A stretch of DNA of 63,751 bases, filler included, from Dugesia japonica (Eukaryota): NCBI GenBank assembly GCA_001938525.1. It is 5 parts of 5 records of this genome, joined end to end, with 100 filler letters (N's around TTAATTAATTAA, not from the genome) between each part and the next. Parts side by side here need not be neighbours in the genome. Positions count along the whole stretch, not along the records: positions 19,185 to 28,985 come from MQRL01621352.1; positions 29,086 to 40,253 come from MQRL01641766.1; 3 more parts are not named here. One strand, written 5' to 3'. Positions 26,551 to 38,729 of this stretch are shown one piece after another (position 1 is the first letter of the stretch; each line of letters begins with the position of its first letter). A model generated the notes under the pieces. It was not told the origin of the DNA. It made no database searches and worked only from the letters and a program-made list of their open reading frames with translations. Made by a program: the position numbers and the translations under genes.

Positions 26551-28985
26551 GTTACTTGGGTTTGAAAAACTCGTCGTTTTATCAATATCAAAATCCGAAT
26601 TCATAACAATACTTTATTAAAATCAAAACTTTAACCAACATTCTCATAGCTCGTCATTGCGTGTGACCCATATGCAATTACTCTTTCTTGCCTATTGTTG
26701 TCTTTTTAATAAAGTACTATGCCAATCGTATCGAAACTCGCATTCGTGTCCAAAATAAATCCTCTATTTATATCTGGAAAACATAATATTTGAGACATCA
26801 TTAGTGCTTATTTCATTGCATTAAAAACTTCTTCTAATTCATTAGCCCATTCAATTTTCTTGTTACCTGGCCCACTACACAGCTGTTCCAGTAATCTAGC
26901 TTTCTTTGAATAATCTTTAATAAACTTTTTATATATATTGCAAATTTCCAAAAAGCTTCTCATTTTCTTAACGGAGTTTGGTTTACCGAAGTTTTTAATT
27001 GCTTTTATTTTAGTTGGATCTGTTTTGACACCTTCTTTACTGATAACGTGTCCCAAAATTTTGATCTCCTTTTGCATGTTTTGGCATTTTTTCGGATTAA
27101 CTCTAAGACCAGCCTTCATAATTTCTGTTAATACTCTATTGATTATTTCATAGTGTTGCTACTTTGTTTCGGTAAATATGAGAATATCATCTAGATAAAC
27201 CATCGCTCCTTTTATTTTTCCGATTACTTTATTTATCATTTCCTAGAACGTACCTGGTTTAAACATAATCGTATATCCTTTTTTTTCTTGATCCAAACAC
27301 AGATTAATGGCACTTATCTTTCCAATGTTCTCCAATGAGCTGTTATTCGCGCAATGCAATTGTTCCTCGCTCTTCTCTAACATTGTTTTTCTGAGTCTAT
27401 TAAATCCTTCCATGCTCATAACATTTATTCTTGCTCCTGTATCCAACAAACAATCAAACTGTTCACCCTTAACCATCACTGAAATGNTGGGTCTCCCTTG
27501 CATTTTATCATACGAAACTTCTGCATTCTGTTTTTCTTCAATTATTCCTATCACTTCTGCTTTGTTAACTTCCGCATCATTCAAACTTTCTCTTTTTAAG
27601 AATCTGTAGACGTTTTCTCTCAATTTACTAGTCTCATCCCATTTCTCAGCCTCTTGAGGATATTCAAACGGTATCTCGTTTAATGGATGGCTCCGGCAAA
27701 CTCCTCTACAGATGGAGCCCTACCTTTTGGGTATTCTCTTCTTGGATAATCATTTTCTATTATGCTCTCCAAAAATCTCTCTTCATTCTCGTCATCAAAT
27801 TCTTCGCGAATGGCATGAATTGGTTTTGAACTACTCCAATCTTTTGTTTGTTGTCCGATTCTAAAATTGTATCTTCTCTCTTATAGTCTAGGTTTACTTA
27901 TGTTTGAATAACATTTTTCTGCTCAGTGGTCTGGTCTTTTACATCTACCGCATGCAATTTCTGTGCACATCCTTCTAACATGACCAATTTTACGACACCC
28001 AAAACATTTTGGTGGTTTCTTGTCTAGACAATTTCTACTTAAATGCCCTTTTTGTGACAAGTCCGACCTTCCACATGAGAATTTTTGGACACTCTCTTTT
28101 TGTATGCTTATAACTCTGGCTTGTCCAACACTGTGGTTCTGTTCTTTTTGCAACTCTCTCAATATTTTGTATCCTCTCCCCGATACGTTCTCCGAAACGT
28201 TCTCCACGTGTTACACCAGCGTAACTCTTTACTACGTTAATAGGTTCTCTTCTTTTTATTCTTTCAACCAAAGATAACGTTTCTTTTATGTCTTCTACTT
28301 TCTCCAATTTTTACATGATAATCTCTTCTTCTGGTTTTTTACTATTTCCACAAATTATTAGCATTTTTTATAAGAGTTTTTCTTTCGTCAACTCTCCATT
28401 TGCTAAAGATTTATCGACTAAATCTTCCACTTTTTAAAAAACATCTCAAGTTCTTCATCACCACGTTGATAGCTAACAAGATTCTGTAAATCTTTTATTA
28501 TGTCTCTCTTGCTCTCAAAAGCTAATCGCAATCTCTCTCGATATCCATCAGCTTTCTTAAATGTCTTTACATATGCTTCCATTACATCCTCATGAAGCAT
28601 ACATGCTACCCAACGTTCCTGATCTTTCTTAGCAACCATGTTATCTGCCTCAAAGTATATACTTTTGGCAACAACCTTTCTGTGATTGCATCAGTGTTTA
28701 CCGCTGCCACCATGTTAGATGGGTTTGGAAAACTCGTCGTATTATCAATATCAAAATCTGAATTCATAACAATACTTTATTAAAATCAAAACTATAACCA
28801 ATATTAATTGTTAAACAAACAAATTAAAATCATGTGTTTTAGTTGGTGATCTTCTTTTCTAAAATTTAAAAATTAAAACTTTTATTTATTAAAAAATTAA
28901 ACTTTATTACATATAATTTTAATTTATCCTTAAACTAATATTTGTTTATTTAAATTTTTCATCAATAATTTAATCTCTCTTTTAG
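26550..28985 (-). mobile_element. Internally deleted Ty3/gypsy element (family B)
   Basis: 5' LTR 28713-gap, PBS TGGTGGCAGCGGT (tRNA-Leu-type) at 28700-28712, gag with CCHC (CFGCRKIGHVRRMC), protease LLDTGA, RT YLDD and ILGHVISKEGV, RNase H start, then a partial 3' LTR at 26550-26640. Confidence 0.9.
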
Positions 28986-29085
28986 NNNNNNNNNNNNNNN
29001 NNNNNNNNNNNNNNNNNNNNNNNNNNNNNTTAATTAATTAANNNNNNNNNNNNNNNNNNNNNNNNNNNNNNNNNNNNNNNNNNNN

Positions 29086-29150
<65 letters not shown>
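29086..29150. repeat. (TAA)n microsatellite
   Basis: Direct reading. Confidence 0.95.
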
Positions 29151-29153
<3 letters not shown>

Positions 29154-32100
29154 CACTGAGCCGGATCTGTTACCGAAAAATAAAAGGCGGCGACATCATC
29201 GTTTTCATCCAAATGGACCCACGTTTAATTGCCTATCTGGCGGGAAAGGTCGGCTATGAACTGTTTCAATTTTCCGTTGTAACAGTTGTTTGTTTGCGGC
29301 TTCAAGGGCCTTGGTTTGGGCCGCCAGGTCACTCTGTTTTTTCACTATCAAATCCATTTTTTTATCAATTTTTCCCTCTGGGCCAAGTGTTTAAGAAGAG
29401 CCCGGTCTGTTTTACGATTTAAGTGTCGTTCCAGTAACAGACGGCGCAGGACTCGATGACACCGGTGGAGATTATTAGGAAAATTGATACGAGGCACTAA
29501 AGGAAATTAAATTAATAATTAAGCAACTATGCAGCTAAGCTTATGTAAAACATAAGGATAAAAGAAATTGATCAAAATAAAATGATTGAATAATAGATTT
29601 TTTTATAAAAGCTTAAACGGGTTAAGTCCGAGAGGTTTGGGTGCTCTTCTCGATCATCAATGGTTCGAGAGGGATTCTCGCCCGGAGACGTAAAACATCG
29701 TTAACCAGTTTATTTTCTCTGTCATGGCTGGACCGGATAACTTCCGCAAAGGACTCAACCTGTTTCTTCCAGGTTCGATCCTGTAGTGAGAGGCCTCGGT
29801 CTGCTTTTTGAAAGCGATACATTTCTTCTTATAGCGGGTTACCTAACTGTTAGTGGCAGCTATTTCGGCCTCCCATTGACGCTTTGCCAGCCGATACAAA
29901 TCGAGGTCCTCACTGGTTTCTCGTAGTTTTTTATTCGGGGCCTGCGATCTATTCAAGGAGGAATGCACTGAAAAATTATTATTATGAACAATAAGACATA
30001 CAATGCTTAAGAATACATCCCTGAATTAATATATAATATAATTTTCCTTTAACCAATGTATGTAGGGTAAAGTGGATTAACAAAGACGAAATATTTATTT
30101 ATTTTCAGTTCTAAGTACAATAAGGAACGGTTTAGTGTGGATCAGTATTATTGTCGATAATATTGTTGGTGTTTTCGACATCATTAACCCCAGTTGGTTC
30201 TCTCACACCCCAGAGTAAATTGGATATAAAACCCTACACTGCTAGAGGTGGAGCTGGAGGTTGATAATTAAAAGATGTGACATGACTGCGTACGACCCGT
30301 TCTACAGCTGGATTTGTATCCTCTCGCCGAATCTCTGGATGCAAGCCACTTTAGCCTGCACTGGAGGCAAATTATCTCGATCCACCAATATACCGGCATC
30401 TCTATTATGCGGATTAAGGTGGCGTCTAAAAACCACCCGACGAGTTCTGCGATCTATTATCTGTTCCCAAACCGAGTCCATTCCTGGGGAAAACTTTATA
30501 ATAATTATTACCATAACACTAACGACAATTTATATAGGTTTATATGACAAAATTTGTAATAAAACAAGAGATGATACACACACATCTAGTCTAAACGTGA
30601 AGTAAAGGTGTAAGATTCGTTCTACATGGATTAACCTACATGCCCATCGACTTATCGTTCTTCGTCTAAGTCTACTTGTTTAACTAGGGGAAACATTTCT
30701 ACAAAGCAACACAGATTCGTCTTGTCTAGATGCTCAATTCTCCCTTTAGTCACTAGATGAACTATTAACTGTCTTATTCGGACAGTTTGACACAGCTGCT
30801 TTATCCGCCGAAGGGTATGACGCAATTCCGCTGGCATGATCTAAAGAATTAAACCGTCAAGGATAGTTATGAAATTTAGGACTGAACAAACCAAGAACAA
30901 AATTCCATTGTTACTGCACGATATTACTTACATGATAGTTGCCATTAGAGTCAAATTGATGTGCACAGAATAATGATAGACATGATCGCAATAATCCTTA
31001 AAATCGATAATGGTTACAACACTTTTACTACTGATTTGATAATAATAATCTTACACTCGGTTTTGGAACTAACCGTCCTAAACATACAACAATAAAATTT
31101 AAAAAAATAAAGACGGCAGTCTTTGCTAAAACAATGAAGTTAGAAATCAATTGACTGGTGCCATCCCTAATATTAAGCAAGAATTACGAAAATCACATTA
31201 ATAATAATAACATTAATAGTGATAAAAACAGTTTTCTTGAGAGCTTTAATAATAATAACTATAATGATCGTAATAATAGTGGCAATAATAGCACTAATAT
31301 TGGTAATAATCCTCATTATGACGTTAGTAAGGCCAGTTTTAACAACACCAATCACGATAGTATTAATAATAATAACAATAATGAAGACAACAACATTTAT
31401 GATGTTAATAATAATTATATTGGTATGCTCAATTTTAGATTATTTATTGCTCAGATCTATTAAAATCGGTGGATGTGCTGAATTTTGGTATTTTCCCCAC
31501 GTGACACAAAATAATACTTTCTCTTAGAATTTATTAATTTGCCCGAAATTTACAAATTAAATAATCGCGGTAAGTGGTTGCCTAGCAAAAACAACAATTT
31601 ACAATAGTGAGCGTTACACACCAGTCTTAAAGGATAGCCTGTGTGTATGTAGAAAGATTTATCATATTACCATCGATGACTTCACTCAGGTTACTATGAT
31701 GAAGTTATTCATTACAGCAACTTAAGTTGCTATAATGAGTGGCGGATTGATTATTTTTATATGAGATTTGTGGAATTACTCCTACTCACAGCTGATTTAT
31801 AATTTACTACTCATACAATTGTGTAGATCATGCAGTTGAGAATACGATTTTCGCATAAATTTAGTCAACAAAAACAAAACCTCATTTCCTTACTAATAAA
31901 ATATTTTTAAGTTAAAATAAAAATTTGAATTAAAAACTTTTTATTTATTCAACTTTAAATTTACTTTAATTTACTAATACATAACAGAATACTTACTATC
32001 AAATTTTTAGTACGATTTCTGCCCCGGTGGCTAACAATAACAGATGGATGCACAGTGTTCTTTTTTCTTCTTTTAATTGATACAAAAAGTAACAATTTTT

Positions 32101-33275
32101 GCTGTTTTAGTAAGGTTGAAAATCAGTAAAGTTTAATGAATATAATCACTTTGGTGGTACGCGATAACTGAGCAAGTTGATTTCCGTTTGTTGATAACAT
32201 AATAAAATTCTGCCGAGAGTTTTTCTTTTGAGAGTTAACGAATCATTTGTTAGTTTTACGAGAGATTTAGTAGTGTTTTTTGTCAATATTCTGCTAACTT
32301 TATGCTTCTTTATATATGGCTTTTCCTCGCACCCCAACTTTGTTCATAATCATTGGTTATTTTTAACTGGAACTTTTGGCTTCCTTTTGGTTCTAGTGCC
32401 AATTTTCTAAAAAATCTTTTAGAGTTTTGGAACCGCAATTGGTGGTTGTTTTTGGAATGACACATGATAATTGTGTCTTTGTTTTATTTTTATTTTCAGG
32501 TTTCTTATTGGCCCGATCTTGAAAACCCTGCAGCAACCTTCTGGGTGGTGGTAAGTTTTTTTCTGGTAAAGTACCGATAAACCCTTCTGAATCCTTTCGG
32601 AATTTCCTTATTCTGGGCTCCTCGGATTTTTGGGGCCAAGATATTGGGATAAAACCGGATTTGAATTAATTTTCTTTTATTTTAACACTTGATTAATTAA
32701 TATTTTTCTTATAATTAAGTGTTTTATTAGATATTTTCTTTTCTTCTTATTTTAATAATTTATAATTTGTTCTAATTGATTTAAAATAGATGGATGCTGA
32801 TTTTGATTACCCAGTTTATTTTCACTGGTTTTTCGTATTTTGTTCACTCATTAATTGATTTCCAACCTGGTTTTTTTATTCATCTTGTTTTAACCATCTT
32901 TGGTTGATTTTCATCTGTATTTATGATTCTTTTCCTTCTTTTACCATTTTATAATTTGTGGCGGCTTTGCCTTTTCTTTAGCGGTGTGTTTCATCCCAAC
33001 AAATTGCTCTCCGTTTTATTTAAATTCCGTCCCGAAATTTTCCATTATCTATCCCCGTTGCAGAATCCTGTACCCTTATAAAACTGACAGAGCAAGACGC
33101 AATTTAAGGTCATTGCATGTTATTTGTTTAGCACATACATAAAAACTTTTTTACGTTATACATTTAAATACCATATACCTTAATATATTATAGTTCGTTA
33201 CTCTAGTTAGTTTCACAACATCATTTATCGTCTAGTTTTGTAATTACAGTTTATTTATAGCGAGTATAGTTTGTT

Positions 33276-34438
33276 TTAATCGACTTCTTCTCCTATGTTG
33301 TGTTGAAAATTGGTTTGTGGGTTGAAGCCATATTTCCGTAATATTTCGGTTACGATTGATTGGGACAGATTCTTTTTGAACTGAATGTGATCTAACACTG
33401 AAGTCTTGCTGGTTATTCTGCTAGGTGCTGTGGAAACGTGTAAGATACTCTGGGGTTCCTGGATTACCAAGAGTGCAGGTTTTCTGGGTTGAGCCGAGAT
33501 TGTGGAGGGTGTTAGATTTCTGTTTGAGGCTGAGTCTATTACCTTATTTATCCATTCTGGAATTTGGGATTTAGCTGGAGTTAACATGAGGTCCTGGATT
33601 AATAATGGTAAATTGTCTTGGTCGACTGAAGATTGTTGGTTGCCATTCGGGGCGGCAGGATTTAGGGTTGATTTGGGTGAATTGAGGATGATTAAATTCC
33701 TTTGGGGAGATGGGATTGGTAGTACTAATGGATGAGAGATAGGTTGGCAAACTGCGTGAGACTGTTGCAGCTCTTTGATGGTTGAAAACTGGTCGACTAA
33801 GTGTTGTTGTTTTTGCCTTATCTCTTCTTCTTTTTCACGGTAGAGGTTTCGCAGCTCGTCGATTTATTGTTCGAGTGCTTCTATATATTGCTCCTGAAAT
33901 TTGTTCTTTTGCTGTTGTTCTTCAATTATACTTTCAAATTCTAACGAAAGCTTATCTATACCTGCTCGAACACCTTATCTGTTAGCCAGGCTTGTCAGGA
34001 GTTGATTTTCGGTGGCTAGATGATTTTTTTCAAACTGGGTGTTAAACAGTTCCATTCTCAGGATTTTTGTATTTTCTTGTTCGATGATTAATTGGGTCTC
34101 GAGAGCTTTTCTTTTGGGTTCGACTTCATCATATTTGTTTTTCTAATTTCGGACTTGTTTAATGGCATTTATCTCGGCTCTATTGGCATCGATATTACTT
34201 TTAAAATATTTTTTATGGGACTTGCATGACCTCTTTTTGTTTCTAACATCTGGTTAGCTCTCTCTGCCTGACCTTCTAACTCACTATTATACTTTTGCAA
34301 TTGTAAGTTGGATAGGGCATCTATTTTGGATTCTAATTTCCATTTAAGGACTTCAGGTACGGTTGTGAGGGTTCGAGTTTGGATTTGCAATAATTGAATT
34401 TCGTTACGTAGGTGATTTATCAGATTTTTGTTATTCAT
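33276..34438 (-). pseudogene. Accessory ORF D: long coiled-coil followed by a Pro/Ser/Thr-rich region (~385 aa; several stops and a frameshift)
   Basis: The 34169-34438 ORF joins via EPKRKALETQLIIEQ...EEQQQKNKFQEQYIEALEQ...LPIPSPQ to the 33276-33587 ORF. Confidence 0.6.
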
Positions 34439-34531
34439 TTCTAAATTAGAGAGAGTGAATAATTTATTATAAAATTTTGATAATTATATGTATATATATA
34501 TTATACCGTATTTAGATTTTGAATTTATTTT

Positions 34532-35574
34532 TTATTGAAATGCTATCCCCAATACCCTACGTTCAATTATCTTCCGGCACATAGGGCATTCGTTTAATTT
34601 TATCGCACAATTATAGCATGTTTTGAAATGTCCGCATGGAAGGAAAATAATTTCTATAGTTTTCGCCAAGCATATGACACAATCGTTATCCATTAATGCC
34701 CATTTTTGTTCAAATTTTACTTGTTGACCTTCTTTTCGGAGCGACTGTTGGTATAATTCGTATAGCGTGATTAATTTAGTCCCTTTCTCTGTGACCGTTT
34801 GTTTTATTAGTTGATCGATATTTATCTGCTTTAACTTTAAAATATTGGTCAGCCTGTTGGTCTGTTATTCAATTGCAATTTCTATTCTGTTAAGAGACAT
34901 ATTCCACTTGATTCTACAAGTGGTTGCTAGTAATTCTTCTTCATCGATTTTATTTAATCTTGAAAATTTTGTTGGTGGTTGAATATCTTCTTTGGTAATT
35001 TCTCTACTCCTTTTGCGAGTTTACCAATCTATTAAGGTAGTTTAGCTCTCTCGTCTGATCAGAGATTAGATCGCGTGGTTTGGCTACTAACTCCATTGTA
35101 TACTTCTGTTTTTCTGTAGTAATTTCCAGCATTTGTCGATTTTCCATTATTTGTTGTCGACAAATAAAGGTTTCTGCATATAAATTCTCGTTTTGAAGTT
35201 GTAGGATTTTATTTTTAAATTCTAGCTCGCACCAATCTAGGGTTTTCATAGTTATTAGGGTTTGCAATAGTTGATTCCGACTGTGCTCCAGTTCTTCTAA
35301 TCGTTGTGGAGTCCATTGAGTTTGGATTTTAATGCTATTACATAATTCTTTCATTTCCTCATTATGATTTCTCCAGATTTCATTTATCGTTACTTGTGAG
35401 GGTATCATATTTGTAGGATTATTTACTAGTGACAAATTTCTGGTAGAATGGTTGACTCGTTGTTAGATCAGTTTGTGAGTCCATGTTTTCATTTTTGGTC
35501 GTATTCTGGTATTTTCCTTCAGTTTCTATTTCTTTTTGATTTATTTCTGAATGTGAAACATCGATTAACTTCAT
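34532..35574 (-). pseudogene. Accessory ORF C: coiled-coil plus C-terminal C3HC4 RING finger (IAP/MDM2-like type), putative E3 ligase
   Basis: Minus translation ending at TAA 34532: DNDCVICLAKTIEIIFLPCGHFKTCYNCAIKLNECPMCRKIIERRVLGIAFQ*. It links to coiled-coil ORF 35004-35435 through one frameshift and one stop; the 35574 ATG needs a further frameshift. Confidence 0.85.
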
Positions 35575-35648
35575 TGCTGTTTTTATCTATATACATATTC
35601 ATTAAGTAAGTTTACAATTTACACTATTTACACAGATTTGAGATTAGT

Positions 35649-37268
35649 TTAGCAAGTCATTACCCCTGGTGCCTGATAGGGTTTAGGCACATATGTGGGT
35701 AATTCGTTCGATAGTATCCCCAGTGGTAGTTCTTCGTAATTTGGTGGTGCTAATGGTAGGTGTCGTCTTTTCTCATTTCGACTATGTTTCTTCCGTTTCG
35801 GTTTTGCTTGTTTACAGAATTGCACATATAGTGTGATTAATACTAGTGCCGCTATTGATACACTTCCTATTATTATGTGGTCTGTTCCATTTTGGGTTGG
35901 TTTGGTGGTAGTGATTGGTTCCTTTATTATAGTCGGCCCACCCCATATCATCCGGTGATCTTACTTTGGCTGGTAATTCCTCAGGTTTTTCATTAAATTG
36001 TTTAAGAAGTTTGCTCTATTTTTTTTCTTTTCCTCGGTGGCCAACGTAGTCCGTGTTTTTGTTTTCGTTGTTATTGTGGTTTTTTCTGTGGTAGTTCTAG
36101 TACTTATTTTAACCTTTGGTTTAGTAATATTCAGCTTTATTCTTAAATCCCGATTAATAACTGCAGTGAATTCTATCTCCCACATTTCTGGTCCAAAACT
36201 ACCCATGTTTGTTCCTTGTTCCTGTAATGCATTTTCTTTGAATCCTGATATTTTTTCATTATAAGCCCATCCCCATTGAGCGAATGAATAATACTTGTTC
36301 TTTTTTTTCGTTAATTCGTAATTGATATGTGTTGTTCATTTTTCTGATCGGTACGGGCCTTGGACTTTCCTGCCAACGATAACCACATTATCCAAACATG
36401 TATTCGGTTATCGAGCGGAATCCTTTTCCCCAGTTAATGGCTATACTTTTTTGTTCCCTAACACCCGTTTCTTATCTGTCGATTCCTTAACTATATTTTT
36501 CAAAAATTGGATATGGAATAGGTATTCATTCTGTGGGCAGATTTTCACGTTCTTGTCTCCTTTCCGTTCCCATGTCCATTCCCTTTGTCGCGGGTTTTCT
36601 ATTACGTAGTAGATTAGGAGATTACGTGCGTGATGCATCTTAAAATTTATTTGGTGCTCATAATCGCCATGATTTCTTTTACGTTTCCCTTGAAATTCTT
36701 GTGCCGAATACATCCACCAATTCTTTATGTTGAAATGCATTGCCTGACCTTCTACTGGTGCTTCTCCTTTATACCATAAACTTGCTGTCCACCCATACCA
36801 TGATAATAATATTTGATGTTCCTTAGTTCCTTCAATGGTAGGTTTTAGCAATATCGACTCATGTTCCTATCCTTCGAAAACTTTTATTTCACGTCTTCGT
36901 CCATCTGTGCTCATTGTTCGAATGGTGGTTTTGCGGTCGTTGAAATAAACCCTATGTTCCGTTAATATTAACTCATTGGTCCAACAATCTTGACATTTAA
37001 TTCCCTTCATCACTATTACTAAAATAGTGATTATAACTTGTCTATTAGATATTCTATTCTGGTTTTTCCCTTTTCCCATATTTCTGATGAGTTTCATGGT
37101 TAACCAAATTAATACGCCATGGTCCCAATTTGTGTTGATTACTGCCCATAACAACAGAGATATTTTGACTATTATTTCTACTGTAATCACGTTCTTGTTT
37201 TCTTGTGGTAACCCGCTTTCTGATTTTCTTGGTTCTGTTTGATCCACCCTATCCCGCAATAATATCAT
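35649..37268 (-). pseudogene. Accessory ORF B: Env-like type I membrane glycoprotein
   Basis: ORFs 36867-37268/36441-36851 and 35961-36206/35649-35951 are each in frame across a single stop. Features: signal-peptide-like VIITILVIVMKGIKC|QD, Thr-rich stalk, NIT and NGT sequons, TM IIIGSVSIAALVLITLYV, basic stop-transfer, tail with PPNY and LPTY. Confidence 0.65.
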
Positions 37269-37300
37269 TTTCCTTTTTCCCGCCCTTCCCGGCGTTATTC

Positions 37301-38713
37301 TTACCCTTCCTGAGGATTTGTGATAATCCTTGGTTTTGATTTCCTACAAGCCAATTTATCTGATTTTATGTCTAGTAACGTCATATTTTTTAGCTTGTGA
37401 TTACTTTGAATAGCTGGCTCGACCATGCCCCACGGCAATTGGATCTTCAATGGTTCATATACTCTAATCCAGTTCCATTGTACTAACGTATGGTGAAACA
37501 TTTGAATGGATTTTAATAATTCTTTGCTGTAAATATTTGTGCATGGCATGCACAATTTTTTTATGATAGATTGGCGAATGAGGACTTAAATTGGTATTTT
37601 AATTCGGTATACATCACAGTCTTTCCTGAACCAATTTTCTGGTTTGAATAATCATGCTCTTTGATCGTAAATGGCCTTTAGTGTGTTCTTTAATATTATT
37701 TGTGTTTGTCTGATACATTGTAAACAATTCTCCTCCAATTGCTGTGCTGACAGCGGACAGGTTAGATGGTTAAGGTGATTACAACTTTCTTCGGATCTTA
37801 GTGTCCGGCTCCCCTGGCAGGTGATTGTATAGCATGTAGTAGCATCCATAGCTTCAGGTTCCAGGGGTCGACGCATTTGATTATCTGAACCAAAAGATAC
37901 AGTTTTAACTTCTTGTGCTACAATGGCTGATTTATCATTAATCATAGATAATGTTGTTGGAGTTTGAGAAGGACGACTAATACTTGGTGTCTTAATTATT
38001 TTAGGCATAACCAATTTGTTCGAATCATTCGATTCTTTGGTGACTAATGCCATATTTCCGCTATCTTTCATCTTTCTTTCTTTCCTTCATTTGTCGGCAT
38101 ACTTTAATACGCCCTCCTTCAATAACCGCGTTATTTTTTGCAACTCTGTTTCTATCCTTTCATCTTCTTTTGGTTGTATGTCTGTTTTCAGTTCTGAACT
38201 TACATCTTTCTCCACTAGTTCCGCTTCCCCACCTTCTTCAGACTCAGCGTCCTCGCTGAGACTTCTTTTCCTTAATACCAATTCTAAACCACTCCACGTT
38301 GGAGGTTCTACTGGTTGAGACCATAATATCAACCAGTCCCATACTATAATTATCGTATGGAAATTTTCAAAAGCTCGAGTGAGAGTTTTGTTTTAAATAC
38401 TTGCACAACATTCGAATAGAGTGTGTAAGTCATCGGGTGTCAGTTGCCCGTGAATTGTCAGCTTGTCATGCATTTCCTTACAACGTCTTCTACGGAGTTC
38501 GTCTTGTTGTAACAACCCAAGTCTGCGACTAGCGATTTCCCGCAATGTTGATTTCAAAATTGATTGTAATTTCCGTATGCATGCAAGGCAACTTGCCTCA
38601 ATTAGAGTTGGTGAGATTGGGCATGTCACCTGAGAGAAGTGCGCACAACAGTTCTCGGGTACCGGTATCTGCGTTTCTCGTGGAATTATAGGATAGATTG
38701 TCATGGTACCCAA
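37301..38713 (-). pseudogene. Accessory ORF A: ~470-aa protein with two copies of a Cys/His-rich domain
   Basis: Track ORFs 38393-38713, 38087-38332, 37652-38071 and 37301-37555 share one frame, separated only by point stops. Confidence 0.7.
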
Positions 38714-38729
38714 TGCTTTAACTCGATGG

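Noticed and set aside
26325-26606. Poly-I/Y/N/L ORFs (also 29030-29212, 40298-40510, 44926-45315)
   Set aside because: Translations of (ATT)n microsatellites and gaps.
29166-29441. TCTGTTAC...GTAACAGA as the 3' LTR of the giant element
   Set aside because: Only an 8-bp inverted match, with no adjacent PPT and no second copy in the window.
31158-31527. Asn-rich and Ile-rich overlapping ORFs
   Set aside because: Degenerate (AAT)n low complexity open in several frames; no evidence of coding.
36670-36700. KRKR as a furin site of an errantivirus F-type Env
   Set aside because: It is followed by hydrophilic NHGDYEHQ rather than a fusion peptide, and the F-type Cys pattern is absent.
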